From the NCBI RefSeq assembly GCF_006345805.1, contig NC_043007.1, forward strand, positions 46,872,001-46,936,000: a stretch of DNA of 64,000 bases. Direction: 5' to 3'. This DNA comes from Octopus sinensis. Taxonomy: Eukaryota. Within the stretch, counting starts at the first letter, position 1, and every line of letters starts with the position of its first letter. Positions 11,623-24,629 of this stretch are shown piece after piece. A model generated the notes under the pieces. It was not told the DNA's origin and did not search any database. It saw only the letters and a list, made by a program, of their open reading frames with translations. The position numbers were made by a program, and so were the translations under genes.

Positions 11623-14600
11623 TAAAGAAAGAAAGAAGCAAACAAAGAAAAGTTCAAAGCAAGAAGAGTAAGAGTAATATCAATGCTGCTGCTTACTTTA
11701 CTTTGCTTCTTATACTAAAGTATATAAAACTTGTGGCTGATTTACCACAGACGGCAATAATCGTAGATGATAATGCAGTAGTGCTATGTTATTTCAATAA
11801 TATTAACAAGATCATTATTCTTGTACTTGACATAATGAACGTCATTCATTTTTGAGATCTGGCTTCTGTAGGTATTTCTACCAGTATAGTTAGTTTCAGT
11901 TCTTTAAGCTGAGTTAGTATTGAATTATTGGAAGTATTAGTAAAGCCATTCACACAAGTAAGCTCAGAGGTTCTGTATGTTCTGACGATACACGTTGTGA
12001 ACAGTCAGCAGAAAAATTGGGTATAAAAGAAACTGGAGAAGTAGATGTGTGTAAGAAAAAAAAAGTAATGTCACCAGATTACGTAAAAGCCTACTAAAAG
12101 ACAGGTAAAGACATGTCTGAAGATAATAATAAATAAGACCCTGATATGATTAAATGAAATTACGTGAACATTACGGTTTCGTAGGCATGTCAAAGAATTA
12201 TTCATCTAGGCACATTTATAGTCTATATGGTATAGAGCTTCTGTAACCGGTTCGTAATTCTTTTTTACATAGCAATGTATAATTATCTACCATGAGTTAT
12301 GGACAAGAAGATACTTGTACGGTTAGAGAAGAAGAAGAAAAAGAAGGAGGAGAAGAAGACGAAGAAGAAGAAGAACAGCAACAACAACAACAACAACAAC
12401 GTAGACTTCATAATAAAATGCATATTACTTGCATATGTACGTAGCATACACGGCTAAAAATATTGCCATACTCCTTTTTAGTTGTTCATTTTTATTATTC
12501 ATCGTTCTTTTATGGCTATAAGAACAATAATGAACCAGAAAGAGAATGTGGTTTAAGGAGGAGAACAGAAGAGAAGACGTATGAGATAATGAAAGGAAGA
12601 ACTTGTAACCAATGATATTTCTATTCATTCATAAAATTACTGCATCATATAACTCACAGATTCCTTATGGATACGTAGCTACCATTAGAAAAAACCTAGC
12701 ACACAGTGATGGTAGTATAATACTATTTCAAGATAATTTGTATTTCGTTTAATGTACAATATATTATATTTACAGCTGTTGCTAGTGGTTATAGCAGGCT
12801 ATAACCGAGTGAGCATATATATATCCAAAAGCGTTGCGTATGTGAATATCTCATTATAGTCAGAACGAAACTAATTGTCCTATATGATGTTTATTTCTTA
12901 GAATAGTTTGATGTATATTTAGAAAGAAATTTGGAAGCTAGATTTAGCAGGCAAATTCTTCAGGGTGGAATATATCTTAACTGCACAATAATCGTTTCTA
13001 ACTTTGACACAATACCAGCAATTTTCGAGAAGCTGCTTACTTCATACCATCAATTTCAATAATTGCCTAGTAGTTCCTTTTGTCGATCGCCTAAGACAGA
13101 AATGCAAATATGACAACGAAAGATGTTGGAAACAGAACGTAGAGAAATAAAATAATCGCAAGGTGTTTTTCTAAGTCCCTAATGATTCTATTAGCCATTT
13201 AGTTCTTCAGTTTACTAAATAATATGAGAACCTTATTACGAGCTTTATTAATCATATCAACCTCTTGGTTAATCTTTCAACGTATCGACTTGGAGACTAC
13301 ATGGGTTGCTTTTCTCTTTATCTTCGCTGGCCCAATGTAGTAAACCTTCACTTAGCTCAGACATAGTTGTCTGGCTTAAAATTGTTCTTAGCAACTATGC
13401 GATTACTGTACCGATTCCCTGGTCCGGCACATTGGATATTGGTCTTCTGTTGTAGCCTTGGGTGAAATAAAATTTTCTGAGTAAAACTGGGCACAGAGTG
13501 GCTCTCTAGAAAGTATTTGGAGGAATTCTTCTTGTAATTGGTTGGCTGACAGTGTCCGTTGCCTCTCTTGATATCCCCACCTTCCCATTTGTTATCTGTG
13601 TCGGTATACACGCAGTACAAAGAACTGAGTGTAATTCTTAGTTTTGAGAATAAATTACTTGCTCAGTCCTACCAAGTTCTGAGGTCGTGGTAATGTTGGC
13701 GATGTTGTTCGTTCACTGGTTGTAAAACGAGACTGAGAGAATGGCAGTAATGAGTCTCATATAAGCATCAACTCCGTATTGATGTTAAACAGTTTTAAGC
13801 AGGAGACATACCCGAGTCATCGACCTAGTTGCTGGAAATATCACTTTCTTAAATTACAGAAATTCTACAATTTTATGATTAAAACTAAAGAGCAATTATC
13901 AAGTTACGATATATTTTTATTATTTAATGATATTAACGTACCACGCATAACTGGGTGCAGCAATTGATATAGCTATCGAGACAAAAAATTTCGAAAATGG
14001 TGTAGAGTTCCATCAACAAATGTCCTAACATTGCAAATTAGTTGAATACTGTTACAAACGATATGAGTTATTCCAGTTAATTAGAAGTTTTTGTATAGTT
14101 TAGCTGATTATGATACCGACTCAGAATCACTTCAAATGAAGTCAATCATAATTTATTAACTTAATACTGTGACCGTCCTGTAATCTCATTCGAACGTCTT
14201 CAGATATACGGCATTAAATATCTTCAGAATACGAATATAATTTGGCTTACACTATAAACTTGAGCAAAATGAATGCATTAAATAAATATTGAAGGCTCAT
14301 TTTACAAACAGAAATAGTGATTAATTTCCGTTATATATATAAAAGTATTTTATAAAATGTAGTTTGTACACTTGTTTTAGTAATGGAATAAATGAATCTG
14401 TTTTACTTCAATAAAAAATACAAATGGAGTAAAAGTTACCTATATAAGAAAAAGAAATGTTTTGCCACCTTAGTATGCATCTACATATTCATTAATAGAT
14501 ATTATCAATTAATACACATGATGTAAGGTCAAATACTATATTGAAGTAAAGAAGTGCCCCTCCCCATACACTGAGTGATATAATTAAATGGCATTAATGA

Positions 14601-14819
14601 GTACTTTGTTAACTGGGTCTTTATGCTACAGCAATTATTGATTCCCCCTTAATATAGCATAGGTCGTGGCATACAACGTTGCTTGCGAATCTACATCTCG
14701 CAGGCTAATTCTCATGTCCTTTGCTTACCAGATTTACTACGTGATATCTTCCAGAGTGAAAGAAACAAGCAAAGACAAACACAGAAAAAGATACAGACAG
14801 GCAAACAAAGAGTGGGGGA

Positions 14820-14979
14820 GAGAGAGGCTGAGAGTGAAGAAGAAGAAGAGGAAAAGAAGAAGGAGGAGGAGGAGGAGGAGGAGAAGGAGAAGAAGACGAA
14901 GAAGTAGAAGAGGAAGAAGAAGAAGAAGAAGAAGAAGGAGAATCAGAAGAAGAAGAAGAAGAAGAAGAAGAAGAAGAAG

Positions 14980-15010
<31 letters not shown>
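14820..15010. repeat. (GAA)n/(GGA)n polypurine microsatellite
   Basis: Direct reading. Confidence 0.95.
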
Positions 15011-17099
15011 GAGAATCACGCAACCCGAGTTTTAGGCTATCAACGCTGTCAAATTCCAGACTAATATCGAAATTCTTCAAGTGTAGGAACTCCTGCTTTC
15101 ACCGGTAAAAGTGTTGTGTAGGGGTGCTGTTGATAGACCGGTTATTGCGTAAGTTATTTGGAGATAGGACACAGAATAAAAGCTTCATTGTTCCTGTGAA
15201 TAGTCTCCAAACTGAGTAAAAATTGATATATGTTACTGAGACAATATTAAATTGAAATAGACATGTATTACAAATTGTACGTTTCCCGGGTTTTTATTCG
15301 CCAGGACGGCGTTTTGCAACATCAGTGAGAGATTTATTCACTATACAGTACATCAAAGAGGAAGACGTTTCGATGGAAAAAGTGCCTGACTGTGACCAGA
15401 CGTCACTGAAAAGGCTAAAAAAAGGCGAAATGCTTCCTGCGTTTCATTTTAAAGAGTATATTTAATCTCAGAATAAATGCTTCAGCCTCAGACTATCATA
15501 ACTGTACATACCTTAATTATAACGCATAGATTACGATGTCGATTTAATATTGCCACATTAGTGTTTACTCAATTTCTATTTAACCAGCCGGCTATTCCTA
15601 TGTTCGACCATATGATTGACTGCGACTAGGCTCATTAAAATTACCCCCCAAAGGGATAAAATCTGGCCGGACGCTAGTGGGACGAATTTTTTCATTCTAA
15701 TATTTTTTTTATGTTTTTAAATTCCATAAGGATTTGAAAATAATTGTTCGGGAAACATTTATCCCGTAAATTGGTTAATTAATCGATTAATTAATGAGTC
15801 GATGAGGCATGCAAATCAGTAGTGATAATGCAAGTGAATCAAATATCAAATGAATATATACATATTTAATAATATCAGAGTAATAAAAATTTCTGAAATT
15901 TTTACTACCAGTCGTCTAAAATGTAGAAAACTTAGTGAATAGACTGTATATTATTCATATAAATACTGTGTACATTTAAACACAAAGGATTCCTGACAAG
16001 CTAGAAGGAACAACCAAAATCCAAACCACTATTAGGGATAGACTTCGAAGGGAATGAAAAATAAAAACATTTACCATGTATCTCCTGGACCATGGTTTCT
16101 GACTTTGCTTTAGCAAATTATTTAGTAATTATTTAGCAATTATTCATTAACAGGTACGCCTAGATTAACCGTATAAGTTCGAGAGAATCCAACATGTGGC
16201 CCGTTCTGATACATTATAATTTTTGAAATCCACCGCGTGAGCGCAGTTTTTTGTCGGCAGCAAATAAAATAATACTTTGAAAATTTTCAGAAAATATTAT
16301 CAAATAGTGGTACACAGGAAGGGACTTCCGGAAGGGGTCATGAAGTCAAACTCTAATGGTTGTGAATCACAACATCAGTTTGTTCTTTTATATGAACGTT
16401 TTGCGTTATATAGTTCAGACATGGATGAAATAGAAAGCAGACATGCTGCCGGACCCTACTGCGTTGTGCAGGATTGGAGAAGTAAAACATCGACAGGCCA
16501 CTTTTGGAGAATTAATGAATGAGTTTGTTGAGCCTTTATCCAGCCACACACATACGCACATGAACTTATGATGCATAGGATGGTAATGGGATGGTAATAT
16601 GAAGTATCAACAAGGCGCCGAAAAAGATTTTAATGTTATTCTCATTTCCTCTACTAAATAGGACAAAAAGGTTTCATAAAATATTATATGCTACTTATAA
16701 TGCATAAGTAGTGTTAATATTTTATCGTCGTAAAATGGCTTAATATAAAGCCCAGTGCAGTATACTCTAATAGGATTAATCTGCATTTCTAGAGAGTCCA
16801 TAGTCAGCGTCGGAAATTGTTTTAGTCAACAACAATTCGAGAACCTGATTAATGTTTGTTGCCAATTTGGAGGAAAGCGACTGGATACTCTTCAAGTTAC
16901 GAGCCTTAACACTGCGAAAATACTTTTAAAAATGCGGTTTATCTGCCCCTGGATCCGCATTAAACAAGAGGTTGAAAATTCTATTCAGCCATGAGACTCT
17001 ATGGTCCCTATGTAATACATGTGTAAAATTCATTAAAATCGGTTGGGTGGATCTCAACATCATAAACATACAGACAGACACACATCCTGTGTTTTATAT

Positions 17100-17110
17100 A
17101 CGTATATATA

Positions 17111-17180
<70 letters not shown>

Positions 17181-17182
17181 AT
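17100..17182. repeat. (AT)n microsatellite
   Basis: Direct reading. Confidence 0.95.
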
Positions 17183-17240
17183 TTGTAAAAAATGAAGTTC
17201 GAAAATGCTGCTATATTATACAATTTTTAATTTTTATATA

Positions 17241-17290
17241 TACATTATAACATGTTTCAGTTCCTGAAATGAACCTTATCAAAAAAAGTT
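17241..17290 (-). ncRNA. Putative minimal type I hammerhead ribozyme (U3-A8 variant)
   Basis: Minus strand AACTTTTT-TTGATAA-GGTTC(ATTTCAG)GAACT-GAAAC-AT-GTT-ATAATGT: core UUGAUAA, 5-bp stem II, GAAA, palindromic ACATGT stem III, stem I 5 of 7 paired. Confidence 0.55.
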
Positions 17291-18805
17291 ATATATAAAA
17301 AAAGATAGTTCATGCTATCAAATATAAGAAATTCGTTTATAATACACAATGGAGTCAGACATCATAAAGTTCATATATAGTTTGAAGTGAGTTCGTTCAT
17401 GCTATATGTTTAAAGTGTATGATGCAGTGGTTCGTGGTGGTTATATGCATTCAATATAAAAAATAGATCAAAGTGGTGGAATGCAGTCAATATAAAAAAT
17501 TGATGTTCCTGAAAGAGCGAGGAATTCATTTTTACCTTGAGCAACTGTGATGACTTACGGTGAGTGTTCGCTGGATGATTCTGGCGAATCTTGTGAATTG
17601 TTCGGGTTTTATAACACCTGTTAGGTGGTCAGTCCAGCATAGCGTGATGTCATTAACGTTTTGACCAATCGTTTCGTTAGGTGGCTTTGTCAAGCAGAAA
17701 TATATATATATATAATATATATATATATATCAAGAGAGTGTGAGAAAATGTGAAAACGCGAGAGATAAGTATTGATAAAATATTGTGTTGTTAGATAAGA
17801 AGCTGTGATCAATTAAGTCAATTTATTTTTAGTAATGTGTATCTGCTTTTGGATACTCATGAGTTCCTGTGTGTATGTAAATATGTACGCTTATGCCTGT
17901 CTGTGGCTGACTGATAGATCCAGTCTATATTGAGAGACGAGATGTTGTTTTCTTTTTATCTATATTTATGAATGATAGCATTTTGACATCGGAGAGAAAC
18001 ATACACTTAGCTCCTGTTCCTTAAAATACTACATACTATTAATTGTGGCTATTTGTCGCTGGTGTAGGAACAGTATATATAATTTACCCTCTAATGTGAA
18101 ATAAGGACATTGAGTTTTAAAATGTAATGAAGTATTACATGCTCTGTTTTAAATATATGCATTTGTCTATGTTTGTCTAAGTACAAAGAAGGGATTCTTA
18201 CCGACGTAAGTGAAGTTGATAATATTCTGCTTATACCGTCGTATGTCGACGATTAATGGTAAAAACGGGCAAAGAAGGAAATCCAGAGGACTAAGGGTCT
18301 GGAAAGGAAGAACGTGAAGTATTGGTTATTGCCGGAACTAAGATGATTTACTCAACATCAGTGACAAGGAGGGAAATGAGTAAGTTGATAGTACTTGTCC
18401 CGAGGTGATACGCTAGCAAGCAAATTCCGTGGAGCAAAAGCTATTATAAGAAAGGCAGAAACAATATAACAATGACTTCTAGTTTTGCATATCACACTCT
18501 TCAATGTTTAATAGTGCGGGGCGAAATATATCATATTGCCCTAGATATAGCCCTAAACCGAGAGGTGTTGTAAAAACAAAGATTTATTTTCTTTACTAAG
18601 GGCTAAAGTATGACTAGAACAACAGATCCTACCTGAATTAATAAACAATAATTATTCTCTAATGTATATTTGTAAGATGCAACAATGAAGTCTTACATTT
18701 TGAGAAGAGGAATGATGGTTCGTTAACTGTAATTTTCCTTAAATTCTGGTGTAAAATTTACTTGACAACAAATATACATTAGAATATATCGGCAGTTATT
18801 GTGAC

Positions 18806-20094
18806 TATGCGAGAGTGGGCTGAAGACGTCATAGGCTGACAGAGTAGTGATAGGGTTGTGAAATTTTGTATGCATTACTTTCAACTCTTAATAATAACTG
18901 TTTTGTTTCTTTCCAAGTAAATTGACATCTGACGCTTCAAAGAAGAGTTCAAAAGTAACTAGTAGCAACCTCTCTTGAAAATGGACACAATATATGCATC
19001 GTGGTGTCAGCAAATATCTGTAGAAAAAGAATTTAACTCCCAAACACGCTCATGCTGGCATGCTAACATTAGGGGATGAGGCTCCAGCGTTATCAACTGG
19101 GAAAAAGGGCGCAGTTGATTTCAGGAGATGAATGTAGATTTTTGAAGGTAACCAAAGTTCTGAACGTGCTGCAATGGCCACCACCATGAAAAACATTGAT
19201 CATATTCACCACATGCAATGTATGACAGGTAATTAACAATAAATCAAATAGTGCTACTAGAATTTCCTATAAAGGAGCTGATCGCATTGTGGATAAGGAA
19301 CTTGGGATGACGGATACCTCTGTTCGGTGGTTGCCACTTTTCACGCCTTCAAAGGCGCACCAGGTTGAAAAAATCAAAGGGAAATCTAACATTGTTTGGA
19401 ACAAATCCAGCTGGTTTACCTGAACGTTTCCTCAGCCAGGATGTATATTGTGATATGTATCTTCAATTTGAGTTGGGGACGAAGTGACAATCCATGCAGT
19501 AGAGACACCCCTGCACACCTGATCGAAAGAATGTCATGGTCGTTTCGTCTACACAGCAAGTGATGATCTAAGTTTTGTTTGGAGGCAAAAGAATTTACGA
19601 CTATTCACTAATTTCAAAGGGTCCATGCCATTAATCGATTAATGGGGAGTACTATACCAACTTGGCAAAGCAGTTCGAAAGGCTATCAAGTCCAAACGCC
19701 CAGAAAACCTGACGAAAGTTGTATAGTTTCAGCAGGACAATGCTCCTGCAAACGGGTCATTCGTTTTGATAGATGTTGTGCATTACAGGGTCTTTGAATT
19801 GGTTGATCACTGATCCTATTCACCTGATTTGCCATATCTGACTATCACCTATTCTCCAACGTGAAACAATACTTGGCTTCTAGTCCGAATCGCAATGATG
19901 ATGACGTCATATCCGGTGTTGACCTTTTTGACGACAGAATGAAAGCTTCTTGACCAAGAGGATCCATAGTCTGCAAAACTGATGGAAGATGTGTGTGAAC
20001 TGCAAGAGGGGCTATAATGCAACATAACCCTCATTTGGTCATATTCCATGAGAGTGTCTTGTTCAACCAATGAAATTTTCAGCCGATCTACATA
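18806..20094 (+). mobile_element. Full-length decayed mariner element (~1.29 kb)
   Basis: Imperfect TIRs tatgcgagagtgggctgaagacgtcataggctgac / gttcaaccaatgaaattttcagccgatctacata. Remnants of RW(V>L)P (~19325), QQDNAP (~19730) and PYSPDL..SDYHLF (~19815-19855). Confidence 0.85.
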
Positions 20095-21289
20095 AAGCTC
20101 AGGAAATAATTTTGTAGAGAAAGATTTGATAAAGAAAGTTGTAACCTAGGTCGCAAACTATGCGCAAAAAGTAATGGAAAAACTAATGAAATAGCGAAGA
20201 CAAGCATTAGGAATGGCGGGAGGAAGGAGGAAAGTTAGATGTGCATACGTGACTGAACTGAGAGTAGGAAGATGTTTACAATCTGTACACTACTCAACAC
20301 CAAAAGAAAATTAAGTTGAGGGTATTGATAAGTTTATTTATTTGTTTATTTGTTCATACTTTTTAGAAAATAACATTTCTTAAATATCACTGTATCGTTT
20401 GACATTTGTGTATGATAGGTATATACCATTTTATATATGTTAAAATCATTAAGTAGTAATTAACTTGCCTGGTAAAATGATGCAGTTACTTCAGACCAGA
20501 TACTACAAATAATTAAAATGGCCTGACTTTGCATTTAACTAATATTGATACTTCGTTTAATTATGTTTCAGTTTTATAAACGTAATCAATATTATGTTTT
20601 TAATTAATAGTGTTGTTATGTAACTCGATGTTCGACCTGACCGAATACTATGCCAGTCCTGATATTGAATACTATTTGAAGCATATTAACCGTGTGCTGT
20701 CTTCATGTTACTAGTATTTCAACACCGATGGTAAATGCGTCGGGAGCATTATTTATTTTAGACCTTTTCTATTTACTCATTTGCTATTTCTGCGTGTTTA
20801 TATACATCATATTGATTACTCGGGATTCTTGAAATTACTTCCGGAATGTATAGGGAGTTAGATCTTAGGTGTTCTTCGGAATGATCTTTCCTCAAGTGAA
20901 GTACTCCACCTACATTTGTGAGTATGCTATAGAAATGTAAATACACAAGATGCACAGATACGTAGATACATAAATATGATGTAGCATATTAATATTATTA
21001 TAGCATATTATGTCACCTTTGTACAAATATGTTGTTTGGCTACATAAGAATCCTAATTCCAACTAACTGTGAAGTAGATTTCACTTACCTATTCTACTGT
21101 TTATCTCAGTAACTTTTAGCTGTCAACCTAAAAATTCCTTGAAAATAACAACTTCAACATTCATATAAGCATATATACACATTCACACAAACACATGCAT
21201 GCATATATGCATACATATGCCATATACAAATACGTATATATATATATATATATTCAGTTCTTATATATATATATATATATATGCCTTGA

Positions 21290-21468
21290 TAGATAGCCAC
21301 TACACATTTAATCTCATTGTTTCTTTCTGTGTTCCTTTCTGTGGAAGAGCCTAGGCTCGAAACGTTAATGACTGTTTCACTTCCCGAGCGTTAAGCTAAT
21401 ACATCTGTTCGTTCTCTACACCACCTGACTTCGTCTCTTGTTTTCTTTTGTTTTTGTGAATTCTCCCT
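21290..21468 (+). mobile_element. Family P1 copy (putative PLE terminus) ending at (TA)n
   Basis: cctttctgtggaagagcctaggctcgaaacgttaatgac...ctacaccacctgacttcgtc...gtgaattctccc(TA)n; reverse-complement match to 31836-32015. Confidence 0.65.
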
Positions 21469-21689
21469 ATATATATGCATATATATATATATTACGGAGA
21501 TGTACTTGCATAGCACGTGACTTGATCTGAAATAGTGTGCTGAGACGAACATAATTGCAGTGCCATTTAGTCTTTTTAACTTCGCGCATACACATTGTTT
21601 TTGACTATTCCAACTGCATAGTACAGTAAGGACAGATGGGCATCGTCTCTCAGAAGAATAGCACCATGACACATTTCACTCTGCTAGAA

Positions 21690-21975
21690 ATTTGGAAACT
21701 ACACACTGTAGCAGGAGAACACAGTCATGTCTATCAGAAAATTTCTGCGACTACAGCACACCTAATATCTGGCCACCTAGCTCCCCAGACGCCAGCCCCC
21801 TTGATTATTACGTGTGGGGTGCAGTTGAGCGAGAGACCAACAAAACTCTTTGAACTGAAAGCAAGGATTATGGCAAGGATATTCACCAATTTATACAAAG
21901 AGACCGTCCAGAAGAGTTGCATGAAATTCCAAAACGTCTGGAAGACATATTAGAAGTCAATTTTATTGAATAAAT
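21690..21975 (+). pseudogene. Tc1/mariner-superfamily transposase C-terminal fragment (maT-like)
   Basis: ENFCDYSTPNIWPPSSPDASPLDYYVWGAVERETNKT. Subfamily assignment is tentative. Confidence 0.7.
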
Positions 21976-22019
21976 TTTCTCTTTAGTATTTCGAGATATT
22001 TTTATGTAAGTTTGGTAAA

Positions 22020-22819
22020 TACTCGGTCAGATCAATAAGTATATGGAATGCTGCCATAGTAACGAAGATTAAGCACGCAGAGTAAAGCCGCTCAGCACAG
22101 ATTGCTTCTCAAATCTGCTGTGCATGAGCACCAAGTTTTAACGTTCTAACTCACTTTCGCTGTTGAGCAGGGAATCAGCATCAAATTTTGACAAATGCTT
22201 TGCGGTACCTGCTCAGAGACCTACGCAAAATTTCGAAAAGTTTTCGTCACTTTCGATACAAGAAGATCTTGTGCAACTGAAACCCGGGTGTGATTTGTTC
22301 AGCTGAAAGCAATTTTGGAACAAACTTGGCAGGAACGCGTCTCACCCAAATTTTCAGTGATAACTGACTGAACTGAACCGTAACTAATGTACACATCCTC
22401 TGATAACTGATGGTGATTCGAAGATTTCCTCTCCCAGCTGCACGAACATCTGCGATAATTTTCTCAGTTATACTGGTAGCGGGTCTCCCAGAACGTTAGT
22501 CAACATCGACAATTTTTCGGCCACCTTGGAAACATCTGAACCACTCGTTCACCTGTGTGCGCTCATACACTACTCTCCATACACTTTCTGCGATTTCACG
22601 TAAGCCACTGAGCGGGTATCACCAATAAAACTTTCTCTGTCATGGTCAATGCGACGATCACACGCTACACACATTCTCCGTTATTTCATTAGATTTTCGA
22701 TTACTCTTTGCGCATGCAGAGTAGAGTACAGGGTCAATCTATGCCAAGCGGCTTTACTCTGCGTGCTGTAGCGTCGCCACTATGGCACTAGTCCAGATAC
22801 TTCTTGATCAGACCTCGTA
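22020..22819 (-). mobile_element. Internally deleted mariner element (~800 bp)
   Basis: TIRs tactcggtcagatcaataagtatatgga / tccagatacttcttgatcagacctcgta. Minus remnant ...RITISYQRMCTLVT / SVQSVITENLG.RRVPAKFVP (WVP-like motif). Confidence 0.75.
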
Positions 22820-23471
22820 TATCTGTTTAAATGAGATGTTATTTTCATTTTTGCGTAATGTAGATGACAATTTATTCACCGCACACTACATATACTTTGA
22901 ATTGTATCGGTTTTGTGATAATGAACGGAGAAGAATTTTCAATAAATGGTATAAGATCATAGAGTTTAGTGAACGTAAATTTATTTTTAACTGATGGCCA
23001 GGCAAATGAATAGCTTTGTATATTGTATTTTTGATTGGAAATAAAAGAATAACGTGTAAAACCACACGGATATTTTAACATGACCACTCAGATACCCATG
23101 AAACTCATAAAGCATCCAACACAAACTTTATACAACAAGCACCTAATAATCTAAAATAACACGACTCGTGCAACATATACTATACGAGCTGATGACCCAA
23201 TAATATAGTACAAGGCGCGTTCTACACACCACACAGAGCAGAGTGCAGAGTAATATGAAAAGAAGAATGTAACTAAACACTATAACAAAAGAAATTGGAT
23301 AAATACAGCCAGAGAATGAATCTACGTTCCAACAGACACTGCAAAAATTATGACACAATGCTGCACATACTTCAGGAACATGGGGAGGAAACGGGTAACG
23401 TGGTAGATACACGCATGAAAATACCAAAGAATAATTGCGTATAATAATAATAATAATAATAATCAAAATAA

Positions 23472-24021
23472 TGATGCAGTACCAGGCAGTGGCTCTCATG
23501 GCTTCTGATCTTAACTGATTGGAAGTGTTATCATGTACATTGTTTTGTCTTGGTATAAAAGATGGGCTACAGCAAATATTCTGCTCAATACCACAGATTT
23601 GCTTGTCAGGTGTTTGACCATAACCAAATGAGCATGTCCCTTAGTGGCTGACGATATGTGCATCTCTGATCACGAGCAGAAGTAGTGGTGGAGCATCATA
23701 GCCATGTGTTGAGAGGGATTCTTTGGGGTTTGAATAATTCACCTCTGGAAACATGGGTGTTTCGTTCAACGTCCTTAAACAACCCTTATTCAGGGATCTT
23801 TTGAGCGGGATGGGTTACTCGATCTGAAGTAAATTCTAACTGGGCTCCACCTGCAAGGTCATGTGCTGTTTATCTTGATATGAGATCACCATGGCGCACA
23901 CATATGGTTGTGATGCATGTGCCTGGTGCACCCTTATCAGACGGGTAGTCATGATGGGTATACTGGGCTTCGTATATTTTACCCCAGTGTCACTTTGATG
24001 GCATGCTCTGCTCGCTCACTC
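23472..24021 (+). mobile_element. Non-coding ~550-bp element 'X', copy 1, flanked by (AAT)n
   Basis: TGATGCAGTACCAGGCAGTGGCTCTCATGG...GCATGCTCTGCTCGCTCACTC; near-identical reverse copies at 24630-25182 and 28223-28774. Confidence 0.85.
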
Positions 24022-24052
<31 letters not shown>

Positions 24053-24186
24053 TAATAATAATAATAATAATAACAATAATAATAATAATAATAATGATAA
24101 TAATAATAATAATAATAATAATAATAGTAATCAAAATAATAATAATAATAATAATAATAATCAGAATAATAATAATAATAATAATG

Positions 24187-24283
<97 letters not shown>

Positions 24284-24286
24284 CAA

Positions 24287-24321
<35 letters not shown>

Positions 24322-24340
24322 TAATAGCAATAATAATAGA
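24022..24340. repeat. (AAT)n microsatellite
   Basis: Direct reading. Confidence 0.95.
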
Positions 24341-24349
24341 AGGTAGTAG

Positions 24350-24525
24350 ATAACTTATAAAGCTGGAAAACTATTATAAAATAACCACCATGGAACTGCA
24401 AAAATACCTACTTCAGAAGCAAGGAAGATTGATACAAATAGCGGCAAGACACGATTAAAATTTTAAAAAATTGTTCTCACTATTTAAGGAATTTGGCAAA
24501 TACAAACAAGAAATCATACCACCTA
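24350..24525 (+). pseudogene. Small fragment of a third R4/Dong-like LINE
   Basis: YYKITTMELQKYLLQKQGRLIQIAARHD*..KKLFSLFKEFGKYKQE is homologous to MKIATIGLDTYLKNSEDWMLKLV (LINE A) and YKSTTAGLNTYLEQSKDPLMKLVHQHD (LINE B). Confidence 0.55.
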
Positions 24526-24530
24526 ACAAT

Positions 24531-24533
24531 CTT

Positions 24534-24629
<96 letters not shown>
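24531..24629. repeat. (CTT)n grading into (ATT)n
   Basis: Direct reading. Confidence 0.95.

Noticed and set aside
13357-13620. GC-richer stretch with two overlapping minus-strand ORFs, a possible exon
   Set aside because: No recognisable protein similarity and no consistent acceptor/donor pair.
16300-16620. CTTCCGGAAG ETS-like dyad (16325-16334) as a promoter, and a faint Tc1 HTH-like peptide (HRQATFGELMNEF)
   Set aside because: A single short motif with no downstream gene; the peptide similarity is too weak to call.
20860-20925. Possible small exon (VFFGMIFPQVKYSTYI) ending at a GTGAGT donor
   Set aside because: Weak acceptor, no partner exons and no homology recognised.
23472-23550. 5' end of X as an HDV-like ribozyme or C/D snoRNA
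   Set aside because: P1-, P2- and P4-like pairings can be drawn, but L3 is purine-rich, P1.1 is absent and the catalytic C context is poor. The TGATGA box occurs in only one copy and there is no terminal stem.
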